Shown here: positions 56,388 to 64,000 of the stretch, piece by piece | How positions within the stretch are numbered: the first letter of the stretch is position 1 | Layout of the letters: the number at the start of each line of letters is the position of its first letter | NCBI GenBank assembly: GCA_027482685.1 | Contig: JAIXVU010000003.1 | Location: 38,065 to 102,064, forward strand | Direction of reading: 5' to 3' | Length of the DNA: 64,000 nucleotides | Source: a bacterium | Lineage (GTDB): Bacteria; Patescibacteriota; Minisyncoccia; Phycocordibacterales; UBA5272 | The notes under the pieces: generated by a model | Seen by the model: the letters and a program-made list of their open reading frames with translations, nothing else | The model's database searches: none | What the model was told of the DNA's origin: nothing | Made by a program: the position numbers and the translations under genes

Positions 56388-57158
56388 ATGAAATATAATA
56401 TCAAACTTAAAAACGAAGCCGACATCAAGATACTGCGTGAAAGTGGTAAGCGACTTGCTCGTGTTCTACAAGCGGTTGCTAAAGAAGTAAAACCTGGTGT
56501 AACAACAGGATATTTGAATGATTTTGTATATAAGATGATAACTGATATGGGGGATGAGCCTGCATTCCTTAACTACAAACCATTCGGAGCAGCATATCCA
56601 TATCCAGGAAGTATTTGTATCTCAGTTAACGATGAAGTTGTACATGGTATAGGAGGAGACAGGGTGCTACAGGAGGGGGATATTGTAGGACTAGATGGTG
56701 GAGTAAAACATAAAGGCATGATATCAGATAGTGCAATCACTGTAGCAGTTGGGAAGATTAGTGAAGAGGATGCAGAATTAATGCGGGTGACCAAGGAAGC
56801 TCTCATGGCAGGTATTCACGCTGCAGTTGCAGGAAATTACGTTAATGATATTTCAAAAGCAATTGAGAAATCTATTCCAAAAAAATACGGCGTTGTAAAA
56901 ATACTCTCAGGGCATGGGGTAGGGTACAAAGTTCACGAAGAACCATACGTTCCTAATTTTGACGACGGAGTGAAGGGTCCTAAGCTTGTGCCAGGACTCG
57001 TGCTTGCAATTGAGCCAATGGTTAATCTTGGAACTGATGAAGTGTATCTCGCAGACGATGGGTACACATTTATCACCAAGGATAACAAAAAGTCAGCTCA
57101 TTTTGAACATAGTATTCTTATTACAGATAGTAAACCAGAGATTCTAACAATCATATAA
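56388..57158 (+). CDS. map: type I methionine aminopeptidase
   Basis: VVHGIGGDRVLQEGDIVGLD, HGVGYKVHEEP, metal-binding D/H/E pattern. Confidence 0.88.
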   Translation: MKYNIKLKNEADIKILRESGKRLARVLQAVAKEVKPGVTTGYLNDFVYKMITDMGDEPAFLNYKPFGAAYPYPGSICISVNDEVVHGIGGDRVLQEGDIVGLDGGVKHKGMISDSAITVAVGKISEEDAELMRVTKEALMAGIHAAVAGNYVNDISKAIEKSIPKKYGVVKILSGHGVGYKVHEEPYVPNFDDGVKGPKLVPGLVLAIEPMVNLGTDEVYLADDGYTFITKDNKKSAHFEHSILITDSKPEILTII

Positions 57159-57204
57159 TTTCTCCACTAGTTCATCATCCTTATTGCCTATATACTAGGT
57201 ACAT

Positions 57205-59931
57205 ATGAATTCTACATTTAGTACCCCCGAAGAAGAGATAGCATTTTTACGTAGTCAAATATCTACAAAGATAGAAAAGTCAAAAGGTTTTGAGGGGCGA
57301 TTTAATGAAACTGATCACGCGCGCGAAGTTATTCGTGATTATAAAGAGACGAAGCTTGAACAAGTTATTCCTGTTGCTTCCCAGATCACAGAAGGTGAGA
57401 AGCATCGCTTGCTTGAGTGGCTCGCGCCCAAGGATACTGATCAGCAAGTGAGCATGCTATCACAGATTGCTGCAGAGAAAGGACTCAAAAATGCTTTTTC
57501 TGTTGCGGAGAATTTAAATGATCCACAGGTAGAAGACGATTTTGATAGATTTCTCGTACAGTATCTCATCTCAGGTCATGAGTTTAAGAATGATCTTTCA
57601 AAAGATGAATGGAAAGCGCTACATATGAAGCTCTTTGAAGTGATACTTCCAACCGCTCTTGAGGGTCAGGTCAAACAAGCAAAAGAGATGATGGCTCTTA
57701 TGGAACAGTGGTATGCGTCCATGCAAGCACTCGCTAGTGATGCGTCTAACAAGGAGAAAAATTATTATTCTCTTGAGCTAAGTGTTTCTAACAATACTAC
57801 CGTGACGTCATTTTATTGTGCGGTGCATGTGGACTATGCAGCGTTATTTGAAAAAGTTGTACTTGGAGTATTCCCAACTGCAAAAGTTATAGAGCAAAAA
57901 GAAGATTATAATATATTCCATAATCACGCTATAACAGCAGCATCATATGCTGTACCATCTACCCATCCATCGCTTCCGATTACAACATACAACGAAGTAG
58001 AGGGCGACCCGATGGCGCTCATCATTTCATCATTTATTAAAATAGCAAAGGATAAGGAAGGTCTCGCACTTCAGATACTTATCCGTCCATCAGGTGATGT
58101 GTTTGCCCGTAAATACGGTGAGATGTTAGAAGACCTTCGTAAAGGTGAGACATTTAAGCGTGTTGTTGATAAACAAAGCTTTGTTAAAGAGGCATTCTTT
58201 CAAATAGGGGAAGCGCTCTTTTCTAGTCCAAAAAAAGATGACGATACTGCACATAAAGAGGAAAAGAAAACTACGTTTATGGACGAAAACGCTACAAAGT
58301 TCGTCCAAGAGAAATTATCTAAGACTATCCTTGAGGCCAATATCAGAATAGTGGCATCTGCTGAGTCGTTACCAAGAGTGCAAAAGATACGAGATGACTT
58401 AGAAGCATCGTTTGCACAATTTACTAAAGTCCACGGTAATAGCATCACCTGGAAAGAGGTAGAAGGGAATAAACAAAAGGCACTACTTCACCGTTTCTCA
58501 TATCGTCTCTGGAATGATGATGAGAGTTACCCGCTTAACGTCGCAGAACTTGCTTCTCTCTTCCATTTCCCAATGTTATCTAAGGATGTTGCGAACGTGA
58601 AAGAGCAGACATATACTAAGAGCCCAGCGCCTATCGACCTCTCGCCAAACGGTATTTTACTTGGTGTTAATACTACTCGTGGGGAGGCAACAGAGATACA
58701 CTATGATAGAGAGGATCGTGTGCGTCATATGTATGTTATCGGACAGACAGGAACTGGTAAGACAGTGCTCTTGAAGAATATGATTGTCCAAGATATCAAA
58801 AATGGTGACGGTTGTTGTTTCATCGATCCGCATGGTAGCGATATTGAAGATATTTTGGCAAATATTCCACCAGAACGTGCCGGAGATGTTATCTATTTTG
58901 ACCCGTCATATATGCCACGACCGATGGGGCTTAATATGCTTGAGTATGATAGAACTAAACCTGAAACAAAAACGTTTGTTGTTAACGAGCTCTTGGGTAT
59001 TTTTGATAAGTTATTTGATATGAAGACCTCCGGCGGTCCAGGGTTTGAGCAATACTTCCGTAACGCAACACTTCTTGTGATGGAGCACCCAGAATCGGGT
59101 AATACACTCCTTGAGATTGCCCGTATTTTTTCTGATAAAGATTTTAGAGACTATAAGTTATCAAAATGTAAGAATCCTCTCATCCTACAATTCTGGCAAA
59201 ATGCTGAGAAGACATCAGGTGATCAAGGTCTACAAAATTGGACACAGTATGTTAACAGTAAGTTCGATGTCTTTCTCTCAAATGATATTATGCGTCCAGT
59301 TATCGCACAGGAGCGTAGTGCGTTTAACTTCCGAGAGATTATGGATACTAAGAAAATACTTTTAGTTAATCTTGCGAAAGGGCGGTTGGGAGATAAGAAC
59401 GCAGAGCTACTCGGCCTCATCATTGTTGGTAAGTTTTCTCAAGCCGCACTTTCTCGTGTTGATCAGCCGGATGTTAGCAAGCGACCAGACTTCTATCTCT
59501 ACATAGATGAGTTCCAGAATGTTACAACACCAGCAATTGCAAGCATTTTATCAGAAGCACGTAAGTACCGACTTTCCCTTAACATTGCGCACCAGTACAT
59601 CTCGCAGTTAACAGAGGATATTAAAGGTGCTGTGTTTGGTAACGTTGGATCTATGGCAGTATTTCGTATATCGCCAGAGGATGCGCAGTACCTTGAGTCT
59701 AAGTTCGCTCCGACATTTACAGCATCAGATATTATGAAAATAGAGAATAGACATGCGTATCTAAGCCTCCTTGCCAATGGTACCCCGAGGAAACCTTTTG
59801 ATATTGACGTGCTCCCACCACCAAAAGGAGAGATTGCGCGTATCAGTCAGCTTAAGGAGTTAAGTTATCTTACTTATGGTCGCCCAGCAGATGAGGTGAA
59901 CGAAGAAATCATGAGAAAGTATAATATGTAG
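57205..59931 (+). CDS. large soluble protein: ~480-aa unknown N-terminal region + HerA/TraD/VirD4-like (DUF87-type) P-loop ATPase domain
   Basis: Walker A YVIGQTGTGKTVLLKNMI, Walker B FYLYIDEFQNV, CFIDPHGSD; no N-terminal TM helices. Confidence 0.6.
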   Translation: MNSTFSTPEEEIAFLRSQISTKIEKSKGFEGRFNETDHAREVIRDYKETKLEQVIPVASQITEGEKHRLLEWLAPKDTDQQVSMLSQIAAEKGLKNAFSVAENLNDPQVEDDFDRFLVQYLISGHEFKNDLSKDEWKALHMKLFEVILPTALEGQVKQAKEMMALMEQWYASMQALASDASNKEKNYYSLELSVSNNTTVTSFYCAVHVDYAALFEKVVLGVFPTAKVIEQKEDYNIFHNHAITAASYAVPSTHPSLPITTYNEVEGDPMALIISSFIKIAKDKEGLALQILIRPSGDVFARKYGEMLEDLRKGETFKRVVDKQSFVKEAFFQIGEALFSSPKKDDDTAHKEEKKTTFMDENATKFVQEKLSKTILEANIRIVASAESLPRVQKIRDDLEASFAQFTKVHGNSITWKEVEGNKQKALLHRFSYRLWNDDESYPLNVAELASLFHFPMLSKDVANVKEQTYTKSPAPIDLSPNGILLGVNTTRGEATEIHYDREDRVRHMYVIGQTGTGKTVLLKNMIVQDIKNGDGCCFIDPHGSDIEDILANIPPERAGDVIYFDPSYMPRPMGLNMLEYDRTKPETKTFVVNELLGIFDKLFDMKTSGGPGFEQYFRNATLLVMEHPESGNTLLEIARIFSDKDFRDYKLSKCKNPLILQFWQNAEKTSGDQGLQNWTQYVNSKFDVFLSNDIMRPVIAQERSAFNFREIMDTKKILLVNLAKGRLGDKNAELLGLIIVGKFSQAALSRVDQPDVSKRPDFYLYIDEFQNVTTPAIASILSEARKYRLSLNIAHQYISQLTEDIKGAVFGNVGSMAVFRISPEDAQYLESKFAPTFTASDIMKIENRHAYLSLLANGTPRKPFDIDVLPPPKGEIARISQLKELSYLTYGRPADEVNEEIMRKYNM

Positions 59932-60125
59932 TAACTATTAGTGATATGTATTTAGACTTGATAATTTTTATTCTTACGATATGCGTGTACCTTCCAATAG
60001 CGGGGGTACTTCTTTACGCATGGCATAAATTTGGATACAAAGAGCATGCAGTAGATATTGCGCGCAGAATATTTCTCGGAGGGTCTGCCATCTTGTTCTT
60101 TTTTATGTTATTTATGTAATCATGT

Positions 60126-60662
60126 ATGCCGGTATATCCTTTTTTAAAAGATGGAGAAGAAATAGTTGCTGTAGCTCGTAAACATTGGATAGTATATGTT
60201 AAGCAAGCATTACTTCATTTGTATGGATGTGCTGTATGTATAGCGCTTGCAGTATTTCTTATCTCTAGAAAAGGATCTACAGTTACTCCAGTGGAAGGTA
60301 TTACACCAGTTGCGCTTATTCTTATAGCATTTGTTATTCTTTTCTGGTCTAGTTTTTTTTATTTTTGGACGAAGAATTATTTTGATGTATGGTATATCAC
60401 AACTTCACATATTGTTGCAGTAAATCAAAAGAATATATTCGAGAGAGAAGAGTCGTTTATGGAGCTTACCAAAATACAAGATGTGTCTTTTGAAAAAGAG
60501 GGAATTATTGCAACATACTTTGGGTATGGAAAACTGCAGGTTCAAACAGCCGGGTCTATTCAAGAATTTGCTATCGACTACATAAGTAATGTAGAAACTG
60601 TTGCTCACCGTATCATGGACTTACGTGATAACGCACAAGGGAAAAATAACATCTCGCTATAA
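60126..60662 (+). CDS. bacterial PH-domain (bPH_2/YdbS-like) membrane protein
   Basis: two N-terminal TM helices followed by DVWYITTSHIVAVNQ...KLQVQTAG bPH_2-like segment. Confidence 0.5.
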   Translation: MPVYPFLKDGEEIVAVARKHWIVYVKQALLHLYGCAVCIALAVFLISRKGSTVTPVEGITPVALILIAFVILFWSSFFYFWTKNYFDVWYITTSHIVAVNQKNIFEREESFMELTKIQDVSFEKEGIIATYFGYGKLQVQTAGSIQEFAIDYISNVETVAHRIMDLRDNAQGKNNISL

Positions 60663-60726
60663 TTTAAAACGAGGCTTTTTAGAGCCACTTGCTTACACAA
60701 TTATATGGGTATATACTTTTTAGCAT

Positions 60727-61170
60727 ATGCCACAAGAAAATATAAGAAATAGACAAGAGGAAGCACCTTCGGCGGATGAATCACAAATAGCTGGCTACAA
60801 AGATGCTGCAAATGTCGAAAGGCTAAATGTAAAGTTTGAAGGGATGCCGGAAGAACAAGAATTGAATGAAGCTATAATTAATGTTAGTGACTATCTTAAA
60901 AAGTCTCAAGATATTCTTGCAGAAATAAAAAGAATTAAGTCTAACATTCTTGAATTTGGTACGGTAGAAATCGGAAGTGAAGATTTTAATCATATTGTAG
61001 AATCTTTGAGAGTCGCAGGTGCGACTCATGGTGATGAAACAAAACTAGCAAAAAGATTAGTCAGTGGTGACGTGGATAGTTCATTAGAAGCGGAATATAC
61101 TGGACATGTAAAATCTCATGAAGATCATCTCATTAGACTGCAAACAAACTTAAAAAATTTGAAAAAGTAA
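60727..61170 (+). CDS. hypothetical acidic coiled-coil protein
   Basis: ORF only. Confidence 0.35.
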   Translation: MPQENIRNRQEEAPSADESQIAGYKDAANVERLNVKFEGMPEEQELNEAIINVSDYLKKSQDILAEIKRIKSNILEFGTVEIGSEDFNHIVESLRVAGATHGDETKLAKRLVSGDVDSSLEAEYTGHVKSHEDHLIRLQTNLKNLKK

Positions 61171-61488
61171 AACTCTAAGCATGTCAGTAGCCAAACTTAT
61201 ACATTTAAAATCCAATTACAATAGATTCAAATAAATGTAGAGAAGTGGTGCAGAAAAATGGGGGCGAGAACGCTAGTAAAGAATTCTTCGTGAAGAAAAA
61301 AGCGGATCGACATTTAAGAAATATGAAGATTATAAGCATGCGACACACGAAGAAAGAGGTGGAATAGCTCTGGAGAATGATACCATAGCTGAAATTTTGA
61401 AGCTAATTTGTTATGATTAGCTCAACTTCGCGGTAAAGAACCGCAAGATATTGCAGGTAAATCTGAGGATGTTTAAGTTATAAAAAAT

Positions 61489-61516
61489 AAAAGATGATAC
61501 ATATGTATCATCTTTT
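61489..61516. terminator. terminator palindrome AAAAGATGATACATATGTATCATCTTTT downstream of efp
   Basis: perfect 12-bp stem with flanking A/T runs. Confidence 0.6.
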
Positions 61517-61530
61517 ATTTTTACCTATAT

Positions 61531-62112
61531 TTATTTTGTGCGTTCCACGTACTCGCCAGTTTCAGTGTTCACGATAATTTTTTCACCAGCTTCTATGAAA
61601 AGGGGGGTTGTAACCTGTGCTCCTGTTTCAAGGGTTACTAACTTACCTCCACCGCTTGCGGTATTGCCTTTGATTGCAGGAGGCGCTTCTTTTACTTCAA
61701 ATGTCATCTTAATTGGAAGTGTTACACCGATAAACTTCTCCTCGTCATCTAATGTGAATATTTTTACATCAACGAGAGTATTTTCTTTTAAGTATTTTGT
61801 TTGGTCACCGAGAATTTCACCGCTTATCTCAAATCTCTTTGCACGGTCTTTTGGATCGCAGAACCAGTACTCACCTTTATTAGCAAACAGGAACATTGCT
61901 TCACGTCGTGATATCTCTGCTTCTTCTGCAGTATCAGATGCATGAAATGTTCCTGGAACAACTTTTCCATTAAGCATATTACGCATACGGACTTGGTTCT
62001 GCGGTTTACGTTTTTGTGTACGAGCTACATGAGACTCGAGAATCTCAAAAGGGACATCGTCAACTAGTATAAACTTTCGTGGTTTAATTTCATCATAATC
62101 AAGTGTTGCCAT
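61531..62112 (-). CDS. efp: elongation factor P family protein (divergent N-terminal loop)
   Basis: C-terminal GNTASGGGKLVTLETGAQVTTPLFIEAGEKIIVNTETGEYVERTK strongly EF-P-like; the canonical KPGKG loop is replaced by TQKRKPQNQ. Confidence 0.75.
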   Translation of the reverse strand: MATLDYDEIKPRKFILVDDVPFEILESHVARTQKRKPQNQVRMRNMLNGKVVPGTFHASDTAEEAEISRREAMFLFANKGEYWFCDPKDRAKRFEISGEILGDQTKYLKENTLVDVKIFTLDDEEKFIGVTLPIKMTFEVKEAPPAIKGNTASGGGKLVTLETGAQVTTPLFIEAGEKIIVNTETGEYVERTK

Positions 62113-62374
62113 AGAGATAGTAATTAGTTATTGATAATTAGTTATTCGTAAATGCAGTGTGCAAAAAAATAACATCAAGTTACAGAATTGTAACAAAAAA
62201 GACTCAATTTTTCAATCTCTCTCTATATATATAGAACGGATGAGAGAATATATTTGTAAATAAGAAGCAGGTATAAAGTTAAGAATAATCTCAAAAGGGA
62301 TTCTATATAAATTGACGCATTAAATATATTATTGTAGTGTATATCTACTAGTAGTTCTTTTTTGGAGAAATCAA

Positions 62375-62878
62375 ATGAACAAAGTGAACGAAAATCATGC
62401 TGCTGATTGGAGTCGTGAGCACATCATCGACTGGAATCCTGGTAAAAAACTAGTCAGGAGCATCCGTGACTATCAATCGGCAAAAGGACTCTTCAAGACA
62501 GTCAAACGTAAATGGGCTGTACTGCGTCACCGTTTCTGGTCAGCGGTGTCGGGCGCTGATATTCCGCTTAACTCCAGACTTGGCGGCGGGTTCCTTCTCG
62601 GACATGCAACAGGGGTTGTCATCCACCCTGATTGCAAGATCGGAAAGAACTGCCTCGTACAATCTTGTGTCACCATCGGAGTTAACGGCTCCGAGGATGG
62701 ACTTCCCACTATCGGTGACAACGTTGAAATTGGAACGGGGGCAAAAATCTTGGGAGGGGTAACTATTGGAGATGGGGCGCGAATCGGCGCAAATGCAGTT
62801 GTGCTCCAGGATGTGCCTCCGGGGTATACGGCTGTTGGCGTACCAGCCCGCCTCATGCCACCAAAAGAAAAAAAGTAA
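62375..62878 (+). CDS. hexapeptide-repeat O-acetyltransferase (serine acetyltransferase-like)
   Basis: [37 protein letters not shown]...[31 protein letters not shown] left-handed beta-helix repeats; GC-rich. Confidence 0.7.
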   Translation: MNKVNENHAADWSREHIIDWNPGKKLVRSIRDYQSAKGLFKTVKRKWAVLRHRFWSAVSGADIPLNSRLGGGFLLGHATGVVIHPDCKIGKNCLVQSCVTIGVNGSEDGLPTIGDNVEIGTGAKILGGVTIGDGARIGANAVVLQDVPPGYTAVGVPARLMPPKEKK

Positions 62879-62998
62879 GACCCTGAAAAGCGGATGAACA
62901 TCCGCTTTTTTATTTGACTAATATAATTTTATATTTTAGTGTACTAAAAGGTCCTTGGACGGATGTATCAAGGAATGTGTACATAACCAGGAGTTGTC

Positions 62999-63727
62999 AT
63001 GAATGATCCGTTCTTCTCATTTGATAAGGTGTATATCATTAACCTCAAGGAAAGAAATGATAGAAGGGAGGAGATTGAAGCGCAATTACGACGCATTGGA
63101 ACGAGTCTTGACTCCCCGAAAATCACTCTCTTTGAAGCAATTAAACCCAATTCAAAAGAAGGTTTTTCCACCATTGGAGCAAGAGGTTGTTTTTTGAGTC
63201 ATCTTGGAGTTCTCACTGATGCGAGTCGGCAAGGGTATCAGTCTATTCTCATCCTTGAAGATGATGTAGACTTTATACCAAACTTTACGATTCACGCAAC
63301 AGGGGTATTCTCAGAACTTCAGACAAAAAAGTGGTCTCTTTTCTACGGAGGGTACAGACTATTCGGTGGTTTGGGAATGGATACCTCGGAAATACTCTTT
63401 GATACCCCGCCAGATATTAGCATTGAGCTTGCACATTTTGTTGCATTTAATGGTCAAGCAATTAGCGAGACTGTGACGTATCTTGAGGCAATGCTTCGCA
63501 GGTCTCCAGGTAGCCCAGACGGCGGGCCGATGCACGTTGATGGAGCGTATAACTGGTTTCGGGTTAGTCATCCGAATCGATACACCTTCATTAGCACAAT
63601 GCAGCTAGGCGTCCAGAGGAGTTCGAGAACCGATATTCATGAGTTGAATTGGGTTGACAAAACAATGGGGGTGCGCAGAGTTATTTCGTGGTTGAGAAAA
63701 ATCAAAAACCATTTGAGATTCATATAA
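62999..63727 (+). CDS. glycosyltransferase family 25 (LPS/LOS-type) protein
   Basis: FDKVYIINLKERNDRREEIEAQLRRIG...FEAI start typical of GT25 (Lic2B/LgtB-like); GC-rich. Confidence 0.6.
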   Translation: MNDPFFSFDKVYIINLKERNDRREEIEAQLRRIGTSLDSPKITLFEAIKPNSKEGFSTIGARGCFLSHLGVLTDASRQGYQSILILEDDVDFIPNFTIHATGVFSELQTKKWSLFYGGYRLFGGLGMDTSEILFDTPPDISIELAHFVAFNGQAISETVTYLEAMLRRSPGSPDGGPMHVDGAYNWFRVSHPNRYTFISTMQLGVQRSSRTDIHELNWVDKTMGVRRVISWLRKIKNHLRFI

Positions 63728-64000
63728 CCGGGTCAGAGTAACAAAAAACTTCCCACAATTCGATACAGATGCCACAAGCGAAGTTCACACTTCGCTTGTT
63801 TCTTTATATGTTAGATATATAGCTAATGAACTGTCGGTTCATTATTTTTTCTTGCGAGATACACAGCATAGTCAGATTCTGAGATTCCAAAGATATTCAT
63901 CTTTTGAATATGCTCACGCAATTCATTCTGAAGCGATTCACGTAAACTAACCTCAGCGTTCGCAAAATCTGACTCGAGCTTTTGTCGTTTACTGCAAAGT

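Noticed and set aside
1-64000. CRISPR array search
   Set aside because: No regularly spaced short direct repeats. The recurring palindromes are dispersed terminator-type hairpins with variable spacing of several kb.
63840-64000. Possible minus-strand gene running off the right edge of the window
   Set aside because: Only ~160 nt visible and no recognisable motif. Cannot be supported.

Overview
This 64 kb window looks like a chromosomal segment from a small, AT-rich bacterial genome. The gene content and architecture are consistent with a Candidatus Patescibacteria/CPR-type organism, but I cannot confirm that without searches.

Housekeeping genes recognised by eye from conserved protein motifs:
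- nusA, ppa and tig.
- A YvcK-like gene, a DoxX gene and rsmE.
- clpP, rny and hup.
- A tRNA cluster (Gly-TCC, Pro-TGG, Gly-GCC, Arg-TCG) with yraN and cca.
- A DNA-repair/SOS block: recJ, a DUF45 metallopeptidase, alkB, lexA, a dinB fragment, dinB and rnhA.
- comEC, encoded as two separate genes with a dedA-like gene between them.
- rpmB and the str operon (rpsL, rpsG, fusA, tuf).
- The S10-spc-alpha ribosomal superoperon from rpsJ to rplO, then secY, adk and map.
- efp, and at the right end a GC-rich acetyltransferase plus GT25 glycosyltransferase pair.

The most striking pattern is that normally contiguous operons are interrupted by accessory or hypothetical genes. This happens in five places:
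- between rpsL and rpsG (one 436 aa gene);
- between fusA and tuf (five genes);
- after rplX (one gene);
- after rplE (two genes);
- between rplO and secY (three genes).
In addition, a soluble HerA/TraD-like P-loop ATPase module sits after map, where infA-rpmJ-rpsM-rpsK-rpoA-rplQ would be expected. I see no rpmC (L29) or rpmD (L30) gene in their usual slots.

The tRNA region is dense with repeats:
- tRNA-Gly 3'-end fragments lie on both strands.
- A conserved ~170 bp non-coding element follows both tRNA-Pro and tRNA-Arg. Each copy is bounded by duplicates of that tRNA's own 3' end.
- Two tRNA-Gly genes in inverted orientation bound a 1.7 kb segment.

Smaller-scale observations:
- Several short GC-rich single-gene islands encode secreted or membrane proteins.
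- A family of Rho-independent terminators carries a CCGTAGG-type loop.
- Two families of AT-rich motifs sit directly before start codons, with no Shine-Dalgarno sequence. Combined with extended -10-like sequences 7-10 nt upstream of ATG, this suggests leaderless expression.
- A Cheo-type LexA box lies between the divergent alkB and lexA genes.
- A G6 homopolymer frameshift splits one gene.

I found no rRNA genes and no CRISPR array. All coordinates were derived by hand from the sequence and the supplied ORF track.
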